From: Bdellovibrionales bacterium
GTDB taxonomy: Bacteria > Bdellovibrionota > Bdellovibrionia > Bdellovibrionales > JAGQZY01
NCBI GenBank assembly: GCA_965218815.1
Contig: CBDCLX010000002.1
Coordinates: 2,201,074-2,265,073 of the forward strand
Length of the DNA stretch: 64,000 nt
Reading direction: 5' to 3'
Positions 48,333-57,879 of this stretch are shown here, one piece after another; position 1 is the first letter of the stretch; every line of letters starts with the position of its first letter. The position numbers were made by a program, and so were the translations under genes. The notes beneath the pieces were generated by a model. That model ran no database searches. It was not told the origin of the DNA and saw nothing but the letters and a program-made list of their open reading frames with translations.

Positions 48333-50045
48333 TTAAGGCCGCCGGATTGTATATGTGAGTGTATCAGAGGAACACTCACTGGGCAGAGCATCCTCTCTTT
48401 GTGTTATTTTAGATCTAAAGGTGTGTTCATCAATGGCTAATCTGGAAGAGGTCACCTCCACAGAGGTTTTATCAGTGTCCACGACACCGGAACCTATGGA
48501 CCTCAAACAATCCTCATCCTTGTAAAGATGAACCGTGTCACCTGGCTGAACACCTGACATAATAATGGTGGGGGTGGTGTCCGTATCTATGACATTCAGA
48601 CCACTCTCAAGAGTCATCACTGGAGCATCGGGTTTTTTAATCTCATAATCGGCATATACGTCCGAACAGGCAAACTCAGGAGAATCCTCCCGACCTGTGA
48701 CTCTTGCATAAAACTTATGAGCCCCCGGCTCTGTAAAGGTTCCATCATTGACTGTTATATCCACTGAACCCTCGTCCTCTTCAACCACCGCAGATCCCAA
48801 TGAATTCGTACAATCACTCTTGTAAAGATGAATAGTGTCGCCTGGCTCAACATTGGTCACTGTGAGTTTTGGAGTCAAATCAGTCCCCGGAGAACTTGTA
48901 GGTTCAGACAAAAATACAGATGTAATGGGACTTGGCTTTAAAACTGTGTAATACGTTCCTGTCAGGGAACAACGGGACCAGCCGTAAAAGTTTCTGGTCC
49001 TGGCTCTGAAAAGATAAACTCCAGGGGCCAAACCTCTATCGCCTGACAACTCCACATAGGACTGACTATCAGAAACAACAGCACTGGCTATCGAAAGATC
49101 ATTACAATGCTTGGTGATGTGAAGGGAAACCGTATTACCAGGGGCCACTCCATAAATCCTGATCGTTGGAGTCCCATTCAGACTCTTGTCAAAACGTAAC
49201 GGGTCTATGGTCAACAATAACCACGGGGATTTCGGTGCCCCGGGACTGGGTTCAAGATCATACTCCAATGATCCAATATTACAGGGGGTTGTTCCATAGT
49301 GGTTTGTGGAGGTTTCATAAAACCGGTACTTCCCGGGGGTCAGGAAGTCCAATAGAAACCTGGCATATGTGCCCTCCTCCGGGTCTTCTGAATCTAACTG
49401 GGAAATCGGCACTGTGGTGGTACCAACAAGGGACAATGGTGTACAACGTCTGTTAGTGTAAAGTTTTACTGTATCCCCTGAAAACCTGTTATTGACCCTG
49501 AGAATGGGACTTAAAACATCACTCGGAGAAACTTCCGGATGAATCAGATCTATGGAGGTGGAAACAACGGGATTTTCCGGGGGGGGATCATCCGTTCTGT
49601 ACCCCTTGGGAACTATTCTGGATTCAGAAACTGTAACCCCATTGATTCTCTGAGAAATTTTTATAATCACAGGGTTTGAAAGTGTCAATTGGGTCAGGTC
49701 AACAACGAAGGTATAGACTCCATTGTTACAAGGACCGGTGGCAACCCTGCTGGCTTCAATTTCCATAATCACATCACCGCCACCGTCGATGGCATTAACA
49801 CATTCACCACTGACTTTGAAGTTTTCCACATTTTCGTCATTCACCTCGGGGGCTGTATTAACTGTCACCAAGGTGTTGTCGGGATTTTGTTTAGGGTCTC
49901 CGGGACGGGTTGTTCCCGGAGGATTAACCGAACTCTGGGGGCTTTCACTGGAAGAGTCTTTGCAGCCGATATAGAAGAATGTTAAAAAAAACACTGTTCC
50001 CGTAAGCATTAAAGAAAGCTTTTTTGTACATGATTGAATAAACAT
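48333..50045 (-). CDS. repetitive surface lipoprotein (570 aa) built from ~90-aa beta-sandwich-like modules
   Basis: Lipobox FFYIGC. At least four modules share PG(D/N)T(V/I)xLY..x..C (GDTVKLYTNRRC, GNTVSLHITKHC, GDTIHLYKSDC, GDTVHLYKDEDC). Confidence 0.7.
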   Translation of the reverse strand: MFIQSCTKKLSLMLTGTVFFLTFFYIGCKDSSSESPQSSVNPPGTTRPGDPKQNPDNTLVTVNTAPEVNDENVENFKVSGECVNAIDGGGDVIMEIEASRVATGPCNNGVYTFVVDLTQLTLSNPVIIKISQRINGVTVSESRIVPKGYRTDDPPPENPVVSTSIDLIHPEVSPSDVLSPILRVNNRFSGDTVKLYTNRRCTPLSLVGTTTVPISQLDSEDPEEGTYARFLLDFLTPGKYRFYETSTNHYGTTPCNIGSLEYDLEPSPGAPKSPWLLLTIDPLRFDKSLNGTPTIRIYGVAPGNTVSLHITKHCNDLSIASAVVSDSQSYVELSGDRGLAPGVYLFRARTRNFYGWSRCSLTGTYYTVLKPSPITSVFLSEPTSSPGTDLTPKLTVTNVEPGDTIHLYKSDCTNSLGSAVVEEDEGSVDITVNDGTFTEPGAHKFYARVTGREDSPEFACSDVYADYEIKKPDAPVMTLESGLNVIDTDTTPTIIMSGVQPGDTVHLYKDEDCLRSIGSGVVDTDKTSVEVTSSRLAIDEHTFRSKITQREDALPSECSSDTLTYTIRRP

Positions 50046-50239
50046 TCTCGACTCCCTGCTTGGATCTAACCCAAGCCTTTATACTATACTTCTTACTTAT
50101 CGGTGATTTATTAAAAAGCTTTAAAAACTTTCAGGATCACTGCTCACAATTTTGGATGACTGTCAAAATCACCTGGTAGTCATAGAAAAAATATCCATTG
50201 TCCAATTAATTTTCAAAATTCCTGTTATTCGGAGAACTG

Positions 50240-53200
50240 TCATTCCGGGGACTGTCCATCCAGAAGTTCATCACTGAACACGGGGGATCCCGGATCACAG
50301 GAGTTGCATTTTTTCAGTCTGGGATAATGGCCTGAAGCAAAACTGAAACCATCACTGAGGGCACAGATTCCTGTGGCCTCCCCCTCACAGGCAACCTGCA
50401 TATCTCCTGTGCTCAACCCCGTGGCCCCTGTGACACTGGAAGTGTTGAGTCCGGATATTTGAGTGTCCCAGAAAAGACGGGAACTCTCAGAAACACTAAA
50501 GGCATCAAAAAGGGGATCATCAGGTGAACCCGCACCCAGTGAATAAGAATGACTGACACTGATGTGCTTCACTCCCACGAGGTCTCCGGCAAGACCTCCA
50601 CTTTGACTTCCACCTGAAACACGGGACTGAGAATAGGTCCAGTAAAGACTTGAGGCCACAAGCCAGCCAACAAGACCACCCGCTTCACCCAGATCACCAC
50701 TGATACTGACAGATCCTTTGGAATAGGAACTGATGACAAAACGACCTCCTCCTCTTAAAAGTCCTGCCAGACCTCCGGCTATTGTATCCCCTCCCGGTTC
50801 CGCTCTCACTTCCACATCCACATAACTGTTCTGTATGTCCCCCTGAATATCTCCAGCCAACCCCCCTGTGATACCATTGGAAGCACTGGAAATAACGCCC
50901 GTTACGGAACAACCTTCAATATTGCCATAGTTTCTTCCTGTGATAGCTCCAACCAGGGACTTGGCCATGGTTGAATGAACCCGAACCTCCCTTAAATGAA
51001 GGTTGGAGATTCCTGCCCGGGATTGGCCAAACAATCCAACATAGGGCCTTGAAGAATGGATATACAGGTTTTCAATACTGTGCCCCCGACCATCAAAACC
51101 ACCTGACATATCCAAAAGTTCCCAGCCGGAACAGGGGTTTGTGCCTGAAATAACACGCCCATTGTAAGGCTCACAACCATCTTCACCTTCTGACCAGCTT
51201 GCCCTGGCATCTATATCCACTCCAAGAACATAGTATCGTTCGGAACTGTCCTTTTTGTTAATCTCATTCAATTCACTGTAACTGCATATCCACTTGGGAA
51301 ACGAATCATCTTCTGAGGAAACGCATCGATCCACTTCGACACTCTCAGTGAAGGTGTCAGAGTCCACCGTTTGGGTGGCTGTAATGGTCACACGACCATT
51401 GACCGTGATGCCACTGGTATCAAAACCGGTCACAGACCAGGAACTATCCCTGCAATCCGCATTCACTGAAGACAGAGAATCTACCTGAACACTCACCATC
51501 CCGCCCCTGAGAACACAGCTTCCACCGATGGAGTAATCATCATGATTGTCAGCAAGAATATTTTCAGCCTGGGTGATGGTCAGTCTGTTTTCCCTGTCGG
51601 GAACAGTGACCTGAACACCAGAAACACTCAGACCACTGTAATCCCCACCTGAAACCGTGTGAGTGATTCCTGTTACACGATCCCTTCCCGTGAGGGCATT
51701 GTCACTAACACCTGTCACGGTCACCGTCTGGGGAATACTCCACAACCTGCCATTGTCGTTATTAACTTCAAAAGTCAGACTCGCAGGGGACACTGTCGCA
51801 ACCGAACTGTCCGCACTCCTCACACTGATAACAACAGGTCCTGTAGGCTCACTCTGCAAACGCAGGGTGTAGGTCTCCTGACTGCCCTCATGAACTAACA
51901 GGGACGAGGGCACAACCTCCACTCCTTTTCCATCATTGTCATTGATGGTGATTCTGGACTCACTCACATGAAGACCCGATGGAACTGTTCCCCCTTGTCT
52001 GGCAAAAACAGCAGCTCCGTCCACCACAAGGGTTTCAGGGATTTCATCAATACCATCATCAATCAGAGTCAGATTAAAGGTTCCTGTTCCCGACCGAAGC
52101 TGTCTGGCTATGGAGATATTAAAATCACTGACTGCTGTGAAATCCGCCACCTGGGCTGTCTCCGCTTTCACGGACACTCCAACAGTGACATCCTCCCCTA
52201 AAATCACATTCGGATTGGAAGATCCTCCACTGAGGCTCCCCTGAAACTCCACCTGCACTTCAATACTTTCTGTATTATCGGCCTCCTCCAACCGGGAAGA
52301 AGGGTCATGCTCATCCAAAGAGAGGCTGTTTGAATAAGTGTTCTGAGAAGCTTTTTTCAGAGTCAGACGGATGGAACCAATATCATCATCATCAAGAACG
52401 GTCACGCCCACTGAACTCACAGCCAGACCATTGTAATCCCCATCACGGCTTGTCACGGTGTGGGTCAGACCTGTTGTCTGCTGAGGATTGTTTCCCACAT
52501 CATTGTCAATATCGTCATTCACCCCTGTGATTGTCACTGTTTGGGGGGTACTCCATAGCCTGCCATTGTCATTATTGACTTCAAAAGTCAGAGTGGAAGG
52601 GGAAACAGTAGCCACATTTCTATCACCACTGACCACTATCACTGTCACTGTCACGGGGCTTGAGGGAGCTTTGTTTAATTTTACCGTGTAGGCTTCTGTC
52701 CCTCCATTCTCATCCACCTCCACATCCGTTTTTGAAATCACCACATTGGCCTGACCCCCATTGATAATAACACCTGACAGATTTGTGGGAAGAGTGAAAG
52801 TCAAAGGGTTAACAGAATTACCCGCTCTGTCCTTAAGAATACCTGAATTCAGATCAACGGATTCTGTCATGCCAATCCCATTTGTGTCACTGTCTGTTTG
52901 GCCGACTGTATAACGAAAAACAATTCCCTCTGAATCTGAACCACTGTAATACCCGGCGTACTTTGTCCGGCTCTGATCTCCTCCATCAAGAGTTATTGGG
53001 ATACGGGGGGTTCCTGTCACCGTGACAGGTTCACTGAATGTCGCAGTGACATCTATTCTATCCCCTCCAACATAGATTTTGGAGGGAACAGTCACTCCTG
53101 AAATTGTGGGGGCCGTGTTATCAAATGTGGCGTAAACACTGACGACTTCCGATTCATTATCCGCTCTGTCCCTGGCCTGAACATGGATGCAGTATTTTCC

Positions 53201-55339
53201 GTCCCCTCCTGTCTTTGTGGCTGTTGCGGGAATCTCGGAATAGGTGTCATTGGAGGAAAAAGTATGGGCCACACAAGTGGCTTGTGTGGTCGGGGTGCTG
53301 TCAATCCTGTAGCGATACTTACAGGGTGAGGCACTCATGTTCCGGCAATTCCAACTCCAGGTTTTTGATTTTCCGGGAACGTCATCATTTTCAAGCCCTA
53401 CGATCACCGCATCCGTTCCATCATTGTCATTGATTATCAGGCTGGCCGGATTCACACTCACTCCGGAAACTGTTGATCCCCTCACCTCAAGGGTTTCATT
53501 AACTTCGTCGATCTCATCATCAATCACTGTCAGTTGAAACACCTCCGTCCCGACAGAACTTCCGGAAGGGATTGTGATATTAAAATTTGGAACAGGACTG
53601 AAGTCCGTTGTCTGGGCTGTCCCCGCCCTCACGGAAACCGAAAGTGTTACATCATCAGACAGACGAACCGATCCATTGGGTTGACCTCCACTTTGGCTTC
53701 CCTGAAATCGGGCTGTCACTGTCACTGTTTGTCTATTATTTGCCTGTCTGGCTCTGGAAGTGTCATCATGTTCGTTCACACGATCCGGATTCACGGAGAG
53801 CTGAATGGAACCAATCTCATCATTATCCAAAGAGGTCACACCCAATGGACTCACAGCCAAACCACTGTAATCCTCATCACGGCTTGTCACGGTGTGGGTG
53901 AGGTTTGTGGTTCGTTGGGGGTTTTCCCCCACATCATTGTCAATATCGTCATTCACCCCTGTGATTGTCACTGTTTGGGGGGTACTCCATAGCCTGCCAT
54001 TGTCATTATTGACTTCAAAAGTCAGAGTGGAAGGGGAAACAGTAGCCACATTTCTATCACCACTGACCACTCTTACTGTCACGGGGCTTAAGGGAGCTTT
54101 GTTTAATTTTACCGTGTAGGCTTCTGTCCCTCCATTCTCATCCACCTCCACATCCGTTTTTGAAATCACCACATTGGCCTGACTCCCATCGACAATAACA
54201 TCTGACAGATTTGTGGGAAGAGTGAAAGTCAGAAAATTCGGGAGATTTTCAGCAATGTCCATAAGACTCCCTGAATTCAGGTCAATGGAGCCTGTCATAC
54301 CAATCCCATTTGTGTCACTGTCTGTTTGAGCGACTGTATAACGAAAGACCAGTTGTGCTGAACCTGAACCACTATAGTACCCGGCGTACTTTGTCCGGCT
54401 CTGATCGCCTCCATCAAGAGTTATTGGAATACGGGGGGTTCCTGTCACCGTAACAGGTTCACTGAATATCGCAGTGATATCTATTCTATCCCCTCCGGAA
54501 TAGGTTTTAGAGGGAACAGTCACTCCTGAAATTGTGGGGGCCGTGTTATCAAGTGTGGCATAGACGCTGGTTACGGGAGACTCAATACCTGCTCTGTCCC
54601 TGGCCTGAATGTGGACACAATATTTTCCGTCCCCTCCTGTCTTTGTGGCTGTTGTAGCCACCTTGGAGTAAGCATTATTGTAGGAGAAATTATGGGGCAC
54701 ACAAGTGGCTTGTGTGGTCGGGATGCTGTCAACTCTGTAGCGATACTCACAGGTTGCAGGATCCCTGTCCATACAACTCCAATTCCAGGTTTTTGACTTT
54801 CTGGGTGTGTCATCGTTTTCCATGGGATCCTGGTCCAAAGTGTTGGAGATCACTCTTGGGGCTGTGGTGTCCAGAATGTAAGGCAGTGCAAGACAGGCTA
54901 CTGATAAATCGTTTACAATTTTGACAAAAAATTTATAGACACCATCCTGGGCGGGAACAACATCACCCAGATCTCCAAAAATGATTTCACCCTGGGATGC
55001 AATCACATTGGGAAAACTCCTTATAAGTTCCAGATTGGAATCCTCACATTGTGACGTTGGAAAGGGGCCTCTATAAAAGGAAATGGTCACACTATGGTTG
55101 GGTAGACCTCTTATGATAAAGCCTGGGTTGGTGACATTGCCAGGTGATACAAAAGGGGGATTCAGGTAAAATTCAATCTCCCCCCATGGGGGAACCGGGG
55201 GAACGGGGGGAACAGGAGAAGGAGGCTGCGGCGGATTGAGTTTTGTGGACACTCCCCTTCCAGTACTCCTTTGGCAACCCGCTGAAACAACAGAGACAAC
55301 AAAAATGGATAAAAACAAAATGGTCAGTTTTCGGTTCAT
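50240..55339 (-). CDS. giant surface lipoprotein/adhesin (~1699 aa): Pro-rich linker, Ig-like modules, Calx-beta-like modules, C-terminal GLUG-motif region
   Basis: Start at MNRKL (55339), lipobox VSAGC, PPQPPSPVPPVPPVPP linker. Calx-beta-like segments (TAQTTDF...FQLTVIDDEIDEVNETLEV). GLUG repeats (GGLAGDIQG, GGLAGLL, GGLVGWL, GGLAGDLVG). Confidence 0.8.
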   Translation of the reverse strand: MNRKLTILFLSIFVVSVVSAGCQRSTGRGVSTKLNPPQPPSPVPPVPPVPPWGEIEFYLNPPFVSPGNVTNPGFIIRGLPNHSVTISFYRGPFPTSQCEDSNLELIRSFPNVIASQGEIIFGDLGDVVPAQDGVYKFFVKIVNDLSVACLALPYILDTTAPRVISNTLDQDPMENDDTPRKSKTWNWSCMDRDPATCEYRYRVDSIPTTQATCVPHNFSYNNAYSKVATTATKTGGDGKYCVHIQARDRAGIESPVTSVYATLDNTAPTISGVTVPSKTYSGGDRIDITAIFSEPVTVTGTPRIPITLDGGDQSRTKYAGYYSGSGSAQLVFRYTVAQTDSDTNGIGMTGSIDLNSGSLMDIAENLPNFLTFTLPTNLSDVIVDGSQANVVISKTDVEVDENGGTEAYTVKLNKAPLSPVTVRVVSGDRNVATVSPSTLTFEVNNDNGRLWSTPQTVTITGVNDDIDNDVGENPQRTTNLTHTVTSRDEDYSGLAVSPLGVTSLDNDEIGSIQLSVNPDRVNEHDDTSRARQANNRQTVTVTARFQGSQSGGQPNGSVRLSDDVTLSVSVRAGTAQTTDFSPVPNFNITIPSGSSVGTEVFQLTVIDDEIDEVNETLEVRGSTVSGVSVNPASLIINDNDGTDAVIVGLENDDVPGKSKTWSWNCRNMSASPCKYRYRIDSTPTTQATCVAHTFSSNDTYSEIPATATKTGGDGKYCIHVQARDRADNESEVVSVYATFDNTAPTISGVTVPSKIYVGGDRIDVTATFSEPVTVTGTPRIPITLDGGDQSRTKYAGYYSGSDSEGIVFRYTVGQTDSDTNGIGMTESVDLNSGILKDRAGNSVNPLTFTLPTNLSGVIINGGQANVVISKTDVEVDENGGTEAYTVKLNKAPSSPVTVTVIVVSGDRNVATVSPSTLTFEVNNDNGRLWSTPQTVTITGVNDDIDNDVGNNPQQTTGLTHTVTSRDGDYNGLAVSSVGVTVLDDDDIGSIRLTLKKASQNTYSNSLSLDEHDPSSRLEEADNTESIEVQVEFQGSLSGGSSNPNVILGEDVTVGVSVKAETAQVADFTAVSDFNISIARQLRSGTGTFNLTLIDDGIDEIPETLVVDGAAVFARQGGTVPSGLHVSESRITINDNDGKGVEVVPSSLLVHEGSQETYTLRLQSEPTGPVVISVRSADSSVATVSPASLTFEVNNDNGRLWSIPQTVTVTGVSDNALTGRDRVTGITHTVSGGDYSGLSVSGVQVTVPDRENRLTITQAENILADNHDDYSIGGSCVLRGGMVSVQVDSLSSVNADCRDSSWSVTGFDTSGITVNGRVTITATQTVDSDTFTESVEVDRCVSSEDDSFPKWICSYSELNEINKKDSSERYYVLGVDIDARASWSEGEDGCEPYNGRVISGTNPCSGWELLDMSGGFDGRGHSIENLYIHSSRPYVGLFGQSRAGISNLHLREVRVHSTMAKSLVGAITGRNYGNIEGCSVTGVISSASNGITGGLAGDIQGDIQNSYVDVEVRAEPGGDTIAGGLAGLLRGGGRFVISSYSKGSVSISGDLGEAGGLVGWLVASSLYWTYSQSRVSGGSQSGGLAGDLVGVKHISVSHSYSLGAGSPDDPLFDAFSVSESSRLFWDTQISGLNTSSVTGATGLSTGDMQVACEGEATGICALSDGFSFASGHYPRLKKCNSCDPGSPVFSDELLDGQSPE
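51925..54814. repeat. two tandem ~1.43-1.46-kb coding repeats inside the giant lipoprotein gene (aa ~178-653 and ~654-1140)
   Basis: The units begin DDTPRKSKTWNWSC / DDVPGKSKTWSWNC. They contain long identical protein runs (ISKTDVEVDENGGTEAYTVKLNKAP; RNVATVSPSTLTFEVNNDNGRLWSTPQTVTITGVNDDIDNDVG; VTVTGTPRIPITLDGGDQSRTKYAGYYSGS). The antisense ORFs at 52488..52691 and 53892..54119 are also duplicated. Confidence 0.85.
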
Positions 55340-55487
55340 ACACAATCTCTCTCAAAACAAATACGCAGGACAATACTCATCTTCATTTCATACACAATCT
55401 CTCTCTTGAAGAGATTCGTCATTGCTGTGTAAAAACTTTAGACTCTGTCTCAAAACAGAACAGTTCTGGACCTCCCCAAAATGACCA

Positions 55488-55554
55488 GCCCGAACTTCCC
55501 ATAGACTTTCGTAGCGAGGCTTTCAGGCTTCCGAAAGTTTATGAGAAGTTCAGG
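55488..55554. repeat. REP/BIME-like family B, complete hairpin copy
   Basis: gcccgaacttcccatagactttcgtagcgaggctttcaggcttccgaaagtttatgagaagttcagg. The arms are complementary. Confidence 0.75.
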
Positions 55555-55589
55555 TTAGTGCTGAAGGGTAGAGAAAAACCCCTTATGAG

Positions 55590-55769
55590 AATGGAACCAC
55601 CCGGATTATTCTTGAGCCTCTGGATTTTCTCTCACGCCTTGCTTCTCTCATCCCAAGACCCAGAACCAATCTCATAAGGTTTCATGGAATCTTTGCACCG
55701 AATTTCAAACACCATCGTCTTATCACTCCAAAAACAAAAAGATCAGAAAAACCATGGAAAACGGGGTGA
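55590..55769 (+). mobile_element. IS91-family transposase fragment (internal/C-terminal piece)
   Basis: Frame reads ...LEPLDFLSRLASLIPRPRTNLIRFHGIFAPNFKHHRL..., the conserved PLEF..RLAALVP.PR..L.R.HG..APN block of IS91 transposases. No catalytic HUH/Y region is present. Confidence 0.7.
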
Positions 55770-56000
55770 GAATACATCTTGAGCTCTGAAAAAATATCTT
55801 TTATCCTGCTTATACACATAATGAATTCCATGGATTAAGATAATAGAGAGATTTTTTATCACCCCTTAATGCATTGATTGCCTTTAAAAATTTTCTCACT
55901 TATAATCTGTCAGGGCAAACACTTTTCCGTTATAGAACACTGATTTCATGTAAAAATTACAATGGTTTATAAAATTGTTGAAAAATGCGGACAGATTATG

Positions 56001-56069
56001 TATACCGGTTTTTGAAAGATGTTATCTCCATGATTAAAAAAACAGGGGATTTCAAACAGGACCAGTATA
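56001..56069. mobile_element. degenerate IS630-type MITE copy A7
   Basis: tataccggtttttgaaag...ggggatttcaaacaggaccagtata. Confidence 0.55.
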
Positions 56070-56121
56070 AAAAACAGATGCAACGATAAAAAAATCAGTT
56101 AAGTAATGAGAGGTATCCAAG

Positions 56122-56877
56122 ATGAAATTGTCCACAGCCACTATTTTTACAGTGCTTTTGTTTTTCTCCATCAATGTTTTTGCCATAAACTCATCCAGGA
56201 CCATTAAGAATTTTATTTCGGGAATAGCAAGGGAATCAATCAGAAAGACGAATGAAAAATTTGTTGAGGGTTTCAGGGAACTGGAAGAAGCTCTTGGTGT
56301 CAGTGGACCGAATCTTACGCCCCAGGAAATTCTCTCTTTGAGGAGAGCAGGATTCAATCCCGTGGCTTTACAGGCTCACTCTAAAAGCAGTGATGAAATA
56401 TTTCAGATTGTGGAAAGTCGTTTTCTCGGTTCTATTCTCACTCTCAGATGGTGGGGAAACAGAGCTTTCAGGGAAAGGGTTTTTGACAGTATTACAAAAG
56501 AGCATCTTACGGGTCGTTGGGAACTTCTCTTAAAATGGTGGGAGGAAGCCAAGTTGAGAGAGGAGATCGGGAGGCTGGAGGAGTGGATTGCCTCTTCCTT
56601 TAAAGCCGGGGAATCCTACAATGTTCGTGGTCATGAGGTTTTTGATTTAACAGAAGATGATAGGTTTTTGAGTACGATTTTTAGAGCTGTTAATGAAAGT
56701 GAAGACTTTCATAACGAAGTCAGCATCGTAATCAATATGGCTTTGAGAAGGGTTTATCCGAGAGAGGGTCTTGATCTTATGGAAGAGGGCGTTGGTGTGT
56801 CCCCCAAAGACTTCGGGATGGATCAGACGGGACTGGAATTGGAATTTACCCTTGGTGAGATGATGGATCTTGCATAA
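56122..56877 (+). CDS. secreted protein of unknown function (251 aa); the only intact member of a local paralogue family
   Basis: RBS gagagg, signal peptide MKLSTATIFTVLLFFSINVFA. The core RVFDSITKEHLTGRWELLLKWWEEAKLREEI is shared with ORFs 58241..58771 and 57334..57654. Confidence 0.65.
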   Translation: MKLSTATIFTVLLFFSINVFAINSSRTIKNFISGIARESIRKTNEKFVEGFRELEEALGVSGPNLTPQEILSLRRAGFNPVALQAHSKSSDEIFQIVESRFLGSILTLRWWGNRAFRERVFDSITKEHLTGRWELLLKWWEEAKLREEIGRLEEWIASSFKAGESYNVRGHEVFDLTEDDRFLSTIFRAVNESEDFHNEVSIVINMALRRVYPREGLDLMEEGVGVSPKDFGMDQTGLELEFTLGEMMDLA

Positions 56878-56918
56878 AAACATGATTCACTCAATTCAAT
56901 AAAAAATTCTGTGCCGCC

Positions 56919-57035
56919 ATGATACCTCTGGATTTTCTCTCACGCCTTGCTTCTCTCATCCCAAGACCCAGAACCAATCTCATAAGGTTTCATGGAATCT
57001 TTGCACCGAATTTCAAACACCGCTCTCTAAACAGC
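56919..57035 (+). mobile_element. second IS91-family transposase fragment (direct repeat of 55616-55712)
   Basis: The ~97 nt cctctggattttctctcacgcc...gaatttcaaacacc are identical at 56925-57021 and encode LDFLSRLASLIPRPRTNLIRFHGIFAPNFKH. Confidence 0.7.
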
Positions 57036-57300
57036 GATGGGAAAGGCCCCACTCAACGACAAACTCCACAGAGCGAAAAACCTTCCCCCAACTTGTTCTA
57101 AACCGAACAGACACCTCTTTCCATGACAGCACCTTTGCCCAATTTGCCAGGAACTGCATATAGACTTTGGTTAATTGGTTTTTTCCATCACTCCATGGAG
57201 TTTTTTCAACTTTAACTCCACACCAAGAGCAGTTGACTCGTCTCATTCATAGGCTCTGGACGACTATGAAATTTCAGAGAAAATGACAATACATTTGGTC
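57013..57300 (-). mobile_element. ISL3-family transposase N-terminal fragment (zinc-finger/HTH region), with in-frame stop upstream
   Basis: RRVNCSWCGVKVEKTPWSDGKNQLTKVYMQFLANWAKVLSWKEVSVRFRTSWGKVFRSVEFVVEWGL matches the conserved RRV.C..CGV.VE..PWA.GK..LT...FLA.WA..LSWKE.A..F.TSW..V pattern of ISL3 transposases as I recall it. The DDE domain is absent. Confidence 0.65.
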
Positions 57301-57333
57301 TTTTCAGTGAACCGGAACAATAATGAACCAAGG

Positions 57334-57735
57334 CTAAGCCAGTCCTCCTCCACTGTTTGAGTATCCACGAACAGGAGATTTGTCTCCTTCAAAAGGAGTG
57401 ATTAATCTCATGATCTCCTCCACTGTACGGCTAAAGGAAGAGTCCTCTCTTATCCCTTCCATGACTGTCTGCCAGAAGGTGTCCTTTGTAATAGCCCTGT
57501 CAATATCATCAACTTCACTGACCCTTTCAAAGGAGTCCCTGATAAGAGCAGCAAGCTGTTCTTTGTGTCCCAGTGCATTGAGTTCAGCAGTCCAGGCAAT
57601 AAGGAGATCCTTATTACCTGTGAGATGGGCTTTTGTCATGAAACGGGAGGACACAATAAATTCTCTGAAGAGTTCATTATTCCAGACATGAAAAAAACAA
57701 AAACAAGAGCCCCTGTAAAAATTACAAGGCTTTTG
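57334..57735 (-). pseudogene. 5'-truncated paralogue of the 56122..56877 family
   Basis: The open frame without ATG reads ...FFHVWNNELFREFIVSSRFMTKAHLTGNKDLLIAWTAELNAL, which aligns with WWGNRAFRERVFDSITKEHLTGRWELLLKWWEEAKL. It has no signal peptide or RBS. Confidence 0.5.
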
Positions 57736-57879
57736 AATTCAAAAAACACAGTGAAAAGCCTATTTTAAACAGGCATTTATTGAATTGAGTACCGTGGTTT
57801 GGCCCAATGATTATGGAATTCACAGTAATACTATTACACAAGACGGCGTTTTAATCTCCAGGGCCGTCTCTTAAAAGTA

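Noticed and set aside
50058-50076. Hairpin GCTTGG-atctaac-CCAAGC between the two adhesin genes
   Set aside because: It has a 6-bp stem and no T-run, so it is not a convincing intrinsic terminator. It is mentioned only as context for the two-gene locus.
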